From Mobula hypostoma (lineage: Eukaryota), in NCBI RefSeq assembly GCF_963921235.1, contig NC_086097.1, positions 179,430,001-179,494,000 on the forward strand: a stretch of DNA of 64,000 nt, given 5' to 3'. Positions 25,545 to 38,259 of the stretch are shown here, piece after piece. The notes beneath the pieces were generated by a model. It did no database searches, had not been told where the DNA came from, and was given only the letters and a program-made list of their open reading frames with translations. Each line of letters opens with the position of its first letter. Position 1 is the first letter of the stretch. Made by a program: the position numbers and the translations under genes.

Positions 25545-26441
25545 TGTAAACTTTTCAAACTTGCCTTCAGTTTTATTTAGCAGAATCCCTGCAAAGTTTT
25601 TAGCATAAATTTGGATCTCCTGGAATCATACAGCACAGGTACTTTGGCCCACTATAACCATGCTGTACTATAATGCTCCTAAAAAGAGCCCTGCAGGCAA
25701 GGGTGTCTTGGGCAAAGACAGGACAATCCAGGGTTACAAAGCTTGGAAGTCCGTACATTAGGGGTTGAATTGTCAGATACACCACTGCAGAAACACGAAT
25801 ATCTGTGTGTCACTGCATCGAAGACTGAAAGAGAGAATTGGGGAACGGAACCTTTGCCCCAGTTGAACTCTCCACATATTCAAGATGGAAGCAGAGAATT
25901 TTGTGGATTAACCACGGCAGAGTCGCAATTAGCGCGGCAATATTACAGCTCAGAGTGCCGGAGTTTGGTTCTGGCTTCCTCTGTAAGAAAGTCTGTGTGT
26001 GTGGGTTTCCTCCAGGTGCTCCAGTTTCCTCCCAGACGTACTGGTTAATTGGTCGTTGCAGATTGTCCTGCGGTTAGGCTAGGATTTAATTTGTGGGTTG
26101 ATGTGCAGCACAGCTCAGTGAACTGGAAGGGCCTGTTCCATGCGGTATCTCCACATAAATAAATAGACCATGTTTAGAACTTCAAGGCCACTGTACTGTC
26201 CTGCTGTCACAAAACAACAAACTTGACCAAGGTGATTGGAAGAAAGTATAGGGGGATGTTAGAGGCAGGTTTATTACACACTGATGGTATGTGGAACACA
26301 CTGCCGGGAGTGGAGATAGAGGCAGATACATTGAGACAGATAAGAGACTTAGATAAGCACGTGGATGAAAGAAAAATGGAGGGCTATGTGGGAGGGAATG
26401 ATTAGATTGATACTAGAGTAGATTAAAAGGTCGGCACAACA

Positions 26442-26780
26442 GGGACACCTCTTTTTCCCTTATTGGGGGGGAGAGAGAGAGAGAAAGCCAGTGATATGTA
26501 GAATTACTGGCTGAACAAGTAGTCTTTGGGATACTGCAAGTCTATCTTGGTGCTTTGCTGCACGGCTGAGTGCTTGGTGGAGGGTGCAGATGCTTTTTTG
26601 CTGGTGGGGAAGGGGGTCATCGCTTTGCTGCTGCTTATGCTTGGGAGGGGCTTTGGGTTCTAACATTTAACTGTCATTCATTCTTTGGGTCACTCCTCTT
26701 TTCGTGGATGTTTGCAAAGAAAAAGAATTTCAGAATGTATATTGTATACATTCCTCTGATATTAAAGGTACGTATTGAAA
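26442..26780 (+). mobile_element. Unclassified non-coding retroposon-like insertion
   Basis: Splits a CR1 3' UTR (ggtcggcacaaca | ttgtgg..tgaaaggcct). Shares ctgtcattcattctttggg and related 3' motifs with 52590-53080. Confidence 0.6.
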
Positions 26781-26825
26781 CATTGTGGATTGAAAGGCCT
26801 ATACTATGCTGTACTCATATTCCAT

Positions 26826-29333
26826 TTATAGTTATAATGGGTGACTTCAATCTACATGTAGACTGGGTGAACCAAATTGGTAAAGGTGCTGAGGAAGAGG
26901 ATTTCTTGGAATGTATGCGGGATGGTTTTTTGAACCAACATGTCGAGAAACCGACTAGAGAGCAGGCTATTCTGGACTGGGTTTTGAGCAATGAGGAAGG
27001 GTTAATTAGCGATCTTGTCGTGAGAGGCCCCTTGGGTAAGAGTGACCATAATATGGTGGAATTCTTCATTAACATGGAGAGTGACGTAGTTAATTCAGAA
27101 ACAAAGGTTCTGAACTTAAAGAGGGGTAACTTTGAAGGTATGAGACATGAATTAGCTAAGATAGACTGGCAAATGACACTTCAAGGATTGACGGTGGATA
27201 TGCAATGGCAGGCATTTAAAGGTTGCATGGATGAACTACAACAATTGTTCATCCCAGTTTGGCAAAAGAATAAATCAAGGAAGGTAGTGCACCCGTGGCT
27301 GACAAGAGAAATTAGGGATAGTATCAATTCCAAAGAAGTAGCATACAAATTAGCCAGAGAAAGTGGCTCACCTGAGGACTGGGAGAAATTCAGAGTTCAG
27401 CAGAGGAGGACAAAGGGCTTAATTAGGAAGGGGAAAAAAGATTATGAGAGAAAACTGGCAGAGAACATAAAAACGGACTGTAAAAGCTTTTATAGATATG
27501 TAAAAAGGAAAAGACTGATAAAGACAAATGTAGGTCCCCTGCAAACAGAAACAGGTGAATTGATTATGGGGAGCAAGGACATGGCAGACCAATTGAATAA
27601 TTACTTTGGTTCTGTCTTCACTAAGGAGGACATAAATAATCTTCCAGAAATAGTAAGGGACAGAGGGTCCAGTGAGATGGAGGAACTGAGCGAAATACAT
27701 GTTAGTAGGGAAGTGGTGTTAGGTAAATTGAAGGGATTGAAGGCAGATAAATCCCCAGGGCCAGATGGTCTGCATCCCAGAGTGCTTAAGGAAGTGGCCC
27801 AAGAAATAGTGGATGCATTAGTGATAATTTTTCAAAACTCGTTAGATTCTGGACTAGTTCCTGAGGATTGGAGGGTGGCTAATGTAACCCCACTTTTTAA
27901 AAAAGGAGGGAGAGAGAAACCGGGGAATTATAGGCCGGTTAGCCTAACGTCGGTGGTGGGGAAACTGCTGGAGTCAGTTATCAAGGATGTGATAACAGCA
28001 CATTTGGAAAGCGGTGAAATGATCGGACAAAGTCAGCATGGATTTGTGAAAGGAAAATCATGTCTGACGAATCTCATAGAATTTTTTGAGGATGTAACTA
28101 GTAGAGTGGATAGGGGAGAACCAGTGGATGTGGTATATTTGGATTTTCAAAAGGCTTTTGACAAGGTCCCACATAGGAGATTAGTGTGCAAACTTAAAGC
28201 ACACGGTATTGGGGGTAAGGTATTGGTGTGGGTGGAGAATTGGTTAGCAGACAGGAAGCAAAGAGTGGGAATAAACGGGACCTTTTCAGAATGGCAGGCG
28301 GTGACTAGTGGGGTACCGCAAGGCTCAGTGCTGGGACCCCAGTTGTTTACAATATATATTAATGACTTGGATGAGGGAATTAAATGCAGCATCTCCAAGT
28401 TTGCGGATGACACAAAGCTGGGTGGCAGTGTTAGCAGTGAGGAGGATGCTAAGAGGATGCAGGGTGACTTGGATAGGTTGGGTGAGTGGGCAAACTCATG
28501 GCAGATGCAATTTAATGTGGATAAATGTGAAGTTATCCACTTTGGTGGCAAAAATAGGAAAACAGATTATTATCTGAATGGTGGCCGATTAGGAAAAGGG
28601 GAGGTGCAACGAGACCTGGGTGTCATTATACACCAGTCATTGAAAGTGGGCATGCAGGTACAGCAGGCGGTGAAAAAGGCGAACGGTATGCTGGCATTTA
28701 TAGCGAGAGGATTCGAGTACAGGAGCAGGGAGGTACTACTGCAGTTGTACAAGGCCTTGGTGAGACCACACCTGGAGTATTGTGTGCAGTTTTGGTCCCC
28801 TAATCTGAGGAAAGACATCTTTGCCATAGAGGGAGTACAGAGAAGGTTCACCAGATTGATTCCTGGGATGGCAGGTCTTTCATATGAAGAAAGACTGGAT
28901 GAACTGGGCTTGTACTCGTTGGAATTTAGAAGATTGAGGGGGGATCTGATTGAAACGTATAAGATCCTAAAGGGATTGGACAGGCTAGATGCGGGAAGAT
29001 TGTTCCCGATGTTGGGGAGGTCTAGAACGAGGGGTCACAGTTTGAGGATAGAGGGGAAGCCTTTTAGGACCGAGGTTAGGAAAAACTTCTTCACACAGAG
29101 AGTGGTGAATCTGTGGAATTCTCTGCCACAGCAAACTGTTGAGGCCAGTTCATTAGCTATGTTTAAAAGGAAGTTAGATATGGCCCTTGTGGCTACAGGG
29201 GTCAGGGGGTATGGAGGGAAGGCTGGGTTCTGAGTTGGATGATCAGCCATGATCATAATAAATGGCGGTGCAGGCTCGAAGGGCCGAATGGCCTACTCCT
29301 GCACCTATTTTCTATGTTTCTATGTTTCTATGT
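26826..29333 (+). mobile_element. Young 5'-truncated CR1 LINE with uninterrupted ORF2 (partial APE endonuclease plus RT)
   Basis: About 800 codons without a stop: IMGDFN, SDH, KSPGPDG, PGNYRPVSLTS, YLDFQKAFDKV, SGVPQGSVLGP, KFADDTK. Stop at 29233, 3' UTR with (tatgtttc)n tail, possible ttccat TSD. Confidence 0.95.
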
Positions 29334-29650
29334 TTCCATGTCCTGTGATATAGGATTGAGCCCCACTTCCCCATTGAATCACCTCACTGAAACAGCTTAA
29401 ATAAATTGGATTTGTTAATTCATTTACCTATTGAGATACAGCTCAAAATAGGCCTTTCTCGCCCTTTGAGTCACCCAGCAACCCCTGATCTAACCCAAGC
29501 CTAATCACAGGACAATTTGCAATGACCAACTAACCTACTAACCAGCACATCTTTGGACTATGGGAGGAAGCTGGGGCACCCAAGGAAATCCCACACGTTC
29601 CATAGGGCGGACATACAAACTCTTTCCATATGATCTTGTGAATGAATGGT

Positions 29651-30038
29651 GGAGATGTGTAGAGTAAGGCAGAGTAACAGTTTGGAGATGTGTAGAGTAA
29701 GGCAGAGTAACAGTTTGGAGATGTGTAGAGTAAGGCAGAGTAACAGTTTGGAGATGTGTAGAGTAAGGCAGAGTAACAGTTTGGAGATGTGTAGAGTAAG
29801 GCAGAGTAACAGTTTGGAGATGTGTAGAGTAAGGCAGAGTAACAGTTTGGAGATGTGTAGAGTAAGGCAGAGTAACAGTTTGGAGATGTGTAGAGTAAGG
29901 CAGAGTAACAGTTTGGAGATGTGTAGAGTAAGGCAGAGTAACAGTTTGGAGATGTGTAGAGTAAGGCAGAGTAACAGTTTGGAGATGTGTAGAGTAAGGC
30001 AGAGTAACAGTTTGGAGATGTGTAGAGTAAGGCAGAGT
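29651..30038. repeat. 33-bp perfect minisatellite, 11 copies plus 25 bp
   Basis: Unit ggagatgtgtagagtaaggcagagtaacagttt, with no variant copies seen. Confidence 0.97.
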
Positions 30039-32588
30039 GTTTGGAACCCTGACCTTTGGGTAAACTCTGATAGAGTCACACTGGAGTGTGAAAGTACTGT
30101 AACCACTGAAGTAATTTTGTACTGGGTGAGTTGGTGCAATCACCGTGCAAGGTAAAAGGTACCCCGTGCTTTGGTGTTTTTGCTTTGTTGGTATTCAGAT
30201 ATTGAGACTCTCGCAAACTATCAAGGAAAATTTGGAAACCTGATCTCTGTAATTTGAAGCTGCCTGTGTTTAGCGGTTTGACAGTGAACTGGTGCTTGCT
30301 GTCATGTCAAACTATATAAATAATGAAGGTGTTGTGATGACAGTTCTTGTGCCTTTGCTGTGCTGGTGATTCTATTTCTCCTGTTACAGATTGAACAGCT
30401 ACACAAGTAAATAGTTTATTTTGCATAACTAACATTCTGTAGTATTCCTGAAGCACTCCTCCAGGAATGTTAAAGAACTGAATTGACTTCAGACCACTTT
30501 CAGGCAAACAAGGTGTGCTTAATCAAACAGAGTGTCATCGAGCACTACAGCACAGAAACAGGCCCTTCGGCCCATCTAGTCCATGCTGACTGTTGTTCTG
30601 CCTAGACCCATCAACTTGCTCCTAGACCATAGCCCTCCCATCCATGTACTTATCCAAAACTTCTCTGAAATATTGCAATCTAATCCTCTGGCATATCTTT
30701 CCACACTTACATCACCCTCTGATTGAAGGAGTTCCCCTTAAATATTTTACCTCTCTCCCTTCTACTACGACCTCTAATTCTAGTCTCACCCAACTTCAGT
30801 GGAAAAAGCCTGCTTGCATTAACCCTACCTATACCCCTCATAATTTTGTATACCTCCATGTTCTCCTACACTCCAGGAAATAAAGTTCTATACACCCTTT
30901 CCCAATAACTCAGGTCCTTAAGTCTGGGCAATATCCTTGTAAATATTCTCTGCCCTCATACAGCACGGCCCATCTGGTCCCACCAATCACAATTCCCATC
31001 TAAGCTAATCCCATTTGACCATGTTTGGCCCAAATCCCTCTCAACTTTTCCTATCCATGTACCTGTCCACATATCTTTTTAAATATTGTTAAGGTACCTA
31101 CTTCAACCACTTCCTCTGACAGCTCAATCAATATACCTACCACCCTCTGAACGAAAAAGTTGCCTCTCAAGTTCCTATTAACTATCTCTCCTCTCACCTT
31201 TAACCTGTATTTTCTAGTTCTTTAATCCTCATGAGTTTATACAGCTCTGTAAGATCACACCTCATTCTCCTGCACTCCACTGAATAAAATCACCAGCTGC
31301 TCAATCTCTCCTCATAACTCGCTCCCTCTCAAGGCCAGAAACATCCTTGGAAACCTCTCTGCACTCATATAGCAGGTGACCAAAACCAAACACATTCCAA
31401 GTGCGGTCTCACCAAGACCTTGTACCACTCCTGCATTAATCACATCTTTTATTCTCCCCACATTCCCATCATCTCCCCCCCCACCCCAAATTCCACCCTC
31501 ACTGCGCACTAGGACAGCTTATGGCAGCCAGTCTACCCACTGGTCCATACGTGGTTGATGTGCGATGGAACTGGAGCAGCTGGCGGAAAGCCCTGTGTTC
31601 ACAGGGAGAATGTGCAGACTCCACCCAGTACCAGGAGTACCCTCGTATCTGGTGCTGTGAGGCTGTGTCTCCACCCACTGTGCTGATTCAAAGGTCTCAG
31701 CAGCTTTCAGTCCTGTACAATTCACCTGCGAATGAACTAAATAAGACACAATACTCCACAACCCACCGCCTTGCTTTGTCTCACACCAACTGTGCTCGGT
31801 GGATCAATACCAAGATAACCTCCTGCTCCATCCTGATACTCTGAAAAGAGTGAGGGTCACAGTATTAACTGTTCTTCATTAACAAGTAGGCCATTTCTCC
31901 ATCACCTTCATGCTACATTACAAACACTGATTTAATGACACAAGGGATTCTGCAGATGCGGGAAGCCTTGAACAACACACACAAAATGCTGGTGGAACTC
32001 AGCAGGTCAGATAGCATCTTGGAGGGGAATGAACATCATCGTTTTGAGCTGAGATCCTTCAACAGGATGGGAATGAGAAGGTGGAAAGAGGGGGGAGGGG
32101 TACAAGCTGGCAGGTGATAGGAAGGTGGGTGGGGAGAGAGATGTTGTGAGAATCTGAGAGGGGATAGGGAGAAGAGGAGGAGGGTTGAAGAAGAAGGAAT
32201 CTGATGAAATGCCCTTGATTTGAAGATTTTATTGTTGTGTTCAGATCTCTGTGCCCCTGTCCATTCCCCCCTCCTCCAGCTGCATGATCAGGAGGGACAG
32301 CTATTTCCAGGACAACTGGGCGAGGAGGCTTTACCAATGAGTGTTCCTTCTGGAGGGTCTTTTTTCGGTAATACCATCTGTTCTGCCTCATGGTCCAAGG
32401 AGTAGGAGTAGGTAGCTGACCATTTAGCCCCTCAAGTCTGCTATATCACTTGGAAATGTAGTGATATTTTACCTCAGCACATAAAAGAACATGTTTAATT
32501 TGCATGCTTAACCAGTGCAAGCGATGGCAAAGATTTGCCCAAATTATAATTAGTTTTTGGTCTTTCTTTCACCGTGTCCACTGGGATT

Positions 32589-32610
32589 TGTGTGTGTGTG
32601 TGTGTGTGTG
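32589..32610. repeat. (TG)n microsatellite
   Basis: About 11 TG units. Confidence 0.9.
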
Positions 32611-32868
32611 AGTGATTTTATTACCTCCTCATCTAGTTTGGGTGGGGAGTGAGGGGAGGAAATGAGCCGACACCAATAGACGAAGATCAGATCAATGTCT
32701 AATCATTGCTTGAAGGAGACTGGATTTAAATGTTAATTTAATGAGGCACTAATAAAATTTTCCCTGTTTCATTTGCAAATTAATCTGATCTGTAAATTAA
32801 ATGTTACTTTCATTTTTTATTCACTTGTGTATAAATTGAGTAATTGATGACTTTCTTATCTACTTCAG

Positions 32869-32944
32869 GACAAGTTTGCCAGCCCCAATGTTTTCCAGAG
32901 ACGATTTTAGTATTTGGAGTATTCTGCGTAAATGCATTGGAATG
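32869..32944 (+). CDS. OSBPL1A: OSBPL1A coding exon, start of ORD
   Basis: ttcag|G and ATG|gtgagt; 76 nt; encodes (R)TSLPAPMFSRDDFSIWSILRKCIGM, the conserved ORD lid region. Confidence 0.97.
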
Positions 32945-33169
32945 GTGAGTGAATCCAACATTCTGTAGTGCTCATAGAACCGAATAGTACAACAATTTTA
33001 GGGTGGAAGGCTGCTATTCGGCCCACTGTGTTCGTTCTAGTCTGTCCCCCACCTCTGGTACCAGGTCCATAACCCTGCAGGCCCCAGCCCTTCATGCAGC
33101 ATCCTAGGGCTGTGTTAATGTGAAGGAGGTCCTGCCTCTTTCTGGCAGTGAACTCCAAGCCTCTACCAT

Positions 33170-33775
33170 AAACTGGAGGGACTTCACAGGTCAGGCAGCA
33201 CCTATTGAAGGAAATGTTCAGTCTATGTTTCAGGGCGAGACCCTTCAACAGGACTGGACAGAAAGAGGGGAGGTAGCTGGTATGAAGAGGTGGGGAAAGG
33301 GTGGAGCAAGAGCTGGCAGGTGATGGGTGGATCCAGGTGAGGGGGGTGATAGGCAGATGAGAGAGAGTGGAGAGTGGGAATGATTTCAGAAGCTGGGAGG
33401 TGATCGGTGCAAGTGATAAAGGGCTGAAAGAAGATGCAATCTGCTAGGAGACGGTAGAGAGCCTTGAAGTAAAGAGAAGGAGGGGAACTGAGGGAGGAAT
33501 GAGTGGGTGATGGGCTGATTGAGGAGGTTGGAGAGGAAAGGGGAGGGTTGTTGGGCTGGTGGGATCAGGATAATGTAAGTAAAGAGGAAGGGACCGAGGA
33601 AAGTGGATACTGGATGTTGATGCGGCAGGTTGAAGATCACCCAGGTGGAATATGAGGTGCTGTTCCTCTAATCTATGCCTGGTTTCAACTAGGCAATGGA
33701 GCAGTCTGTGAACAGACGTGTTGATGTGCGAGTGTAAAGTGAAATTGACGACAATCCCACCAGTATTTGTGATTG
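33170..33775 (-). mobile_element. Penelope-like element 3' part
   Basis: Remnant LLHCLVETRHRLEEQHLIFHLGDLQP. Hammerhead-like motif at 33219-33256 (-). Confidence 0.75.
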
Positions 33776-34100
33776 GACTCCTCATTTCCTCTCTCATTCT
33801 TCTCTCTATTCTTCAAATCACTTCAAAAAGTCACTCAATCTAGCCCACTCAATTCAAAATTGAGTTTATTGTCATAGGCAAAAAGGCATGGATACACACA
33901 CGCAGTGGAAAAACTTAATTGCAGCAGCACCACAAGCAGATGATGCCATCATGATTAAGGTGGCAGCTGAGTGCCAATTAAACAGGCTGATTAGTCCCGG
34001 ATGGGACCAAACTCTTTGAGAGTTGCTCTATGCACCCGGGTAAGTGGAGGGTATTCCCTCCCACTCCTGACGTTCATCTGGTGGAGAGGGCTGAGTGACC

Positions 34101-36352
34101 CACTACCAGATACCCAGACTCTGACCTCCCGTTAGAGCACCAGATACCCAGACTCTGACCTCCCGTTAGACCACCAGATACCCAGACACTGACCTCCCGT
34201 TAAACCACCAGATACCCAGACATTGACCTCCCGTTAGAGCACCAGCTACCCAGACTCCGACCTCCCGTTAGACCACCAGATACCCAGCCACTGACCTCCC
34301 GTTAGGGCACCAGATACCCAGACACTGACCTCCCGTTAGAGCACCAGATACCCAGACACTGACCTCCCGTTAGAGCACCAGATACCCAGACACTGACCTC
34401 CCGTTAGATCACCAGATACCCAGACACTGACCTCCCATTAGACCACCAGATACCCAGACTCTGACCTCCCGTTAGATCACCAGATACCCAGACTCTGACC
34501 TCCCATTAGACCACCAGATACCCAGACTCTGACCTCCCGTTAGAGCACCAGATACCCAGACACTGACCTCCCGTTAGACCACCAGATACCCAGACACTGA
34601 CCTCCCGTTAGACCACCAGATACCCAGACACTGACCTCCCGTTAGACCACCAGATACCCAGACTCTGACCTCCCATTAGACCACCAGATACCCAGACTCT
34701 GACTCTCCAGTTAGACCACCAGATACCCAGACACTGACCTCCCGTTAGACCACCAGATACCCAGACTCTGACCTCCCGTTAGACCACCAGATACCCAGAC
34801 ACTGACCTCGCGTTAGATCAGCAGATACCCAGACTCTGACTTTCCCGTTAGACCACCAGATACCCAGACACTGACCTCCCGTTAGACCACCAGATACCCA
34901 GACACTGACCTCCCGTTAGACCACCAGATACCCAGACTCTGACCTCCCATTAGACCACCAGATACCCAGACTCTGACCTCCCGTTAGACCACCAGATACC
35001 CAGACACTGACCTCCCATTAGAGCACCAGATACCCAGACTCTGACTTTCCCGTTAGAGCACCACATACCCAGACTCTGACCTCCCGTTAGACCACCAGAT
35101 ACCCAGACTCTGACCTCCCGTTAGATCACCAGATACCCAGACTCTGACCTCCCGTTAGACCACCAGATACCCAGACTCTGACCTCCCGTTAGACCACCAG
35201 ATACCCAGACTCTGACCTCCCGTTAGACCACCAGATACCCAGACACTGACCTCCCGTTAGACCACTAGATACCCAGACACTGACCTCCTGTTAGACCACC
35301 AGATACCCAGAATCTGACCTCCCGTTAGACCACCAGATACCCAGACACTGACCTCCCGTTAGACCACCAGATACCCAGAATCTGACCTCCCGTTAGAGCA
35401 CCAGATACCCAGACTCTGACCTCCCGTTAGACCACCAGATACTCAGACTCTGACTCTCCCGTTAGACCACCAGATACCCAGACACTGACCTCCCGTTAGA
35501 CCACCAGATACCCAGACACTGACCTCCCGTTAGACCACCAGATACCCAGACACTGACCTCCCGTTAGACCACCAGATACCCAGACACTGACCTCCCGTTA
35601 GACCACCAGATACCCAGACACTGACCTCCCGTTAGACCACCAGATACCCAGACACTGACCTCCCGTTAGAGCACCAGATACCCAGAATCTGACCTGCCGT
35701 TAGAGCACCAGATACCCAGAATCTGACCTCCCGTTAGACCACCAGATACCCAGACACTGACCTCCCGTTAGACCACCAGATACCCAGACACTGACCTCCC
35801 GTTAGAGCACCAGATACCCAGAATCTGACCTGCCGTTAGAGCACCTGATACCCAGAATCTGACCTCCCGTTAGAGCACCAGATACCCAGACACTGACCTC
35901 CCGTTAGAGCACCAGATACCCAGACTCTGACCTCCCGTTAGACCACCAGATACCCAGACACTGACCTCCCGTTAGACCACCAGATACCCAGACTCTGACC
36001 TCCCGTTAGACCACCAGATACCCAGACACTGACCTCCCGTTAGAGCACCAGATACCCAGACATTGGCCTCCCGTTAGATCACCAGATACCCAGACTCTGA
36101 CCTCCCGTTAGACCACCAGATACCCAGACACTGACCTCCCGTTAGAGCACCAGATACCCAGACACTGACCTCCCTTTAGACCACCAGATACCCAGACACT
36201 GACCTCCCGTTAGAGCACCAGATACCTAGACACTGACCTCCCTTTAGACCACCAGATACCCAGACACTGACCTCCTGTTAGACCACCAGATACCCAGACA
36301 CTGGCCTCCCGTTAGACCACCAGATACCCAGACACTGACCTCCCGTTAGAGC
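34101..36352. repeat. 34-bp minisatellite, about 66 copies
   Basis: Consensus gaccaccagatacccagacactgacctcccgtta with recurrent variants (gac/gag/gat, cact/ctct/atct, cccg/ccca). Confidence 0.97.
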
Positions 36353-38259
36353 CAAGGCAGATAGATGGTTGGTCCAGTTTGGCCTCTGCCCACTGGTGAC
36401 ACTTGGTATACAGAATGGAAACAGCTCCTTATGCCCAACCGATCCATGCTGACCAAGTTGCCTACCCGAGCTAGTCCCATTTTCCTGCATTTAGCCCATA
36501 TTCCTCTAACTTTTCCTTTCCATGTGTCTGTCCAAGTGTCTTTTAGATGTTGTTATTGTACCCACCTCTACCAATTCATCCTGCAGCTTGGTCCATATAC
36601 CCACCAGCCCCACGTGGAAAAGGCCATTCAGATCCCCTTTAAATGGTTCCCCTCTGACCTTAAGACTGACCCTGTCAGTTTGCCACTTCTACCCTGTGAG
36701 GAGACTGACCATTCCGTACGTCCTTATCGGAAGTATGTCCCTCTTGATTTTGTGTGCTCCGAAAGGTCGCTAATCATTCCAAAGTGCTCCGGGAGTGTGG
36801 GGGTGGGGTCTAAAAGTCCTAACCTAACCAATCTCTCTTTATAATCCAAGCCTTCTGGTCCCATTGACATCTTTGCTGCACTCTTTCCCATTTAATCACG
36901 TTCTTCCTCTGGCTCGTGACCAAATCTGCACACAGTACTCAAATTGCAGTCTCACCGACATCTTGCCACCCCGGCTTGTGTATTCAGTGTCAGAATCAGG
37001 TTTATCATCACGGTCTTATATGACATGAAATTTGTTTTGTGGTAGCAGCAAAGACATAAATATTACTATAAATTAAAAAATAAGTAAATAGTGCGAATAA
37101 AGCAATACTGAGGTGGGGATGATGGACTGTAAAGAAATCTGACAGCCATGGGGAAGAAGCTGTTCCAAAAACATTGAGTGTGTCGTCCTCCTCTGATGAG
37201 ATTAATCAGAAGGTATGTCCTGGATGACGAGGCTCCTGAAGGCATTGTCCTTTGAAGCTGAGAGGGCTGTGTCTGAGCCTACAAACCTCTGCAGCTTCTT
37301 TTGATCCTGTAATTGGAGCCTCCACACCAGACTGTGATGCCACTTGTCTGAATGCTCTTCACTGTGTATCTGTAGACATCTGCCAGTGCCTTCCCAAACC
37401 ACCTCAAACTCCTAACCAAATAGAGTGTTGCCATTGCCTTCTTTGTGACTTCATCAATGTGTTAGGCCCAGGCCCAGGACAGCACAGTGCTCAGGCCAAT
37501 GAAAGCCTGCGCTCTATCTCACTGTTCCACTTTCCAGAGTCCTGCCACCTTGCCTTGCTTTGCTTTAACTGAATAAAATGTAACTTTGCACTTGTCAGAG
37601 TTAAATTCCACCTGCCATTGCTTGGCTCATTTCTAGATCCTGTAGTAATTTAAAATACCCTTCTTCACTGACCACCACACCACTGTTTTAATTGCTGCAT
37701 TCTTACTGTCTTAGTCCTTGCCAGTTTAAAGTATCTGATGGCAAGGGAGAGTTCTAATCTTAACTGAGGTCCACAGATGCCAAACTGAGACTAGACCAGG
37801 CACCTTGTGTGGAGATGTCCCACATCAAGTCCACACCATCCAGAAAATCTGTAGTCTCCAGTGCCTTGAAATCTGCCAACAATGGAGCGTTGCTGGTCTT
37901 GGACCAACAAGTTCTCCATGGGCTTCCAAAGGTGAGAGGTGATTCCATAAATTGTGTGTCCTCCTCCGGCAGAGGCTGACACTCCAGGACCTGTGCCATG
38001 ATGTCTCTGTCAGCACTGACATCTCCATGAACCAGCTACTCATTCTCCCTTCTCCCTCCTCAATTATACATTCTGTCTTCCCAAGCTATTTCACACCCAA
38101 AAAAAAAGAAAATTCAAATCAACCAGCTCTAGGCAACTGAAAAAAGGAAACTAGGACTAGAAATGTTCAGCAGGTCAGCTCTATGGTGTTGGGGGGGATG
38201 CGGGGGGTGGGGGGAGAGTGGAGAACTGAACCAGGTATCGTAAATAAAAATTTTAAACA

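Noticed and set aside
26570..29233. 887-aa ORF as a host gene
   Set aside because: It is CR1 ORF2 with a CR1 tail, and the N-terminal part is repeat-derived read-through.
29257..29262. AATAAA in the sense CR1 3' UTR as an intronic polyA site
   Set aside because: A single hexamer, and many occur in these introns; no other evidence.
29538..30155. Repetitive ORFs of 169-201 aa
   Set aside because: They are open only because the 33-bp unit is a multiple of three and stop-free in those frames.
30390..30406. 17-nt microexon (ttacag|...|gtaaat)
   Set aside because: Not frame-preserving and the donor is weak; no further support.
34101..36352. CRISPR-like array
   Set aside because: Units are head-to-tail with no unique spacers, there are no cas genes, and the context is a vertebrate intron.
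38189..38221. G-quadruplex-capable G runs (also about 11243-11258)
   Set aside because: Simple G runs inside repeat remnants, with no sign of function.
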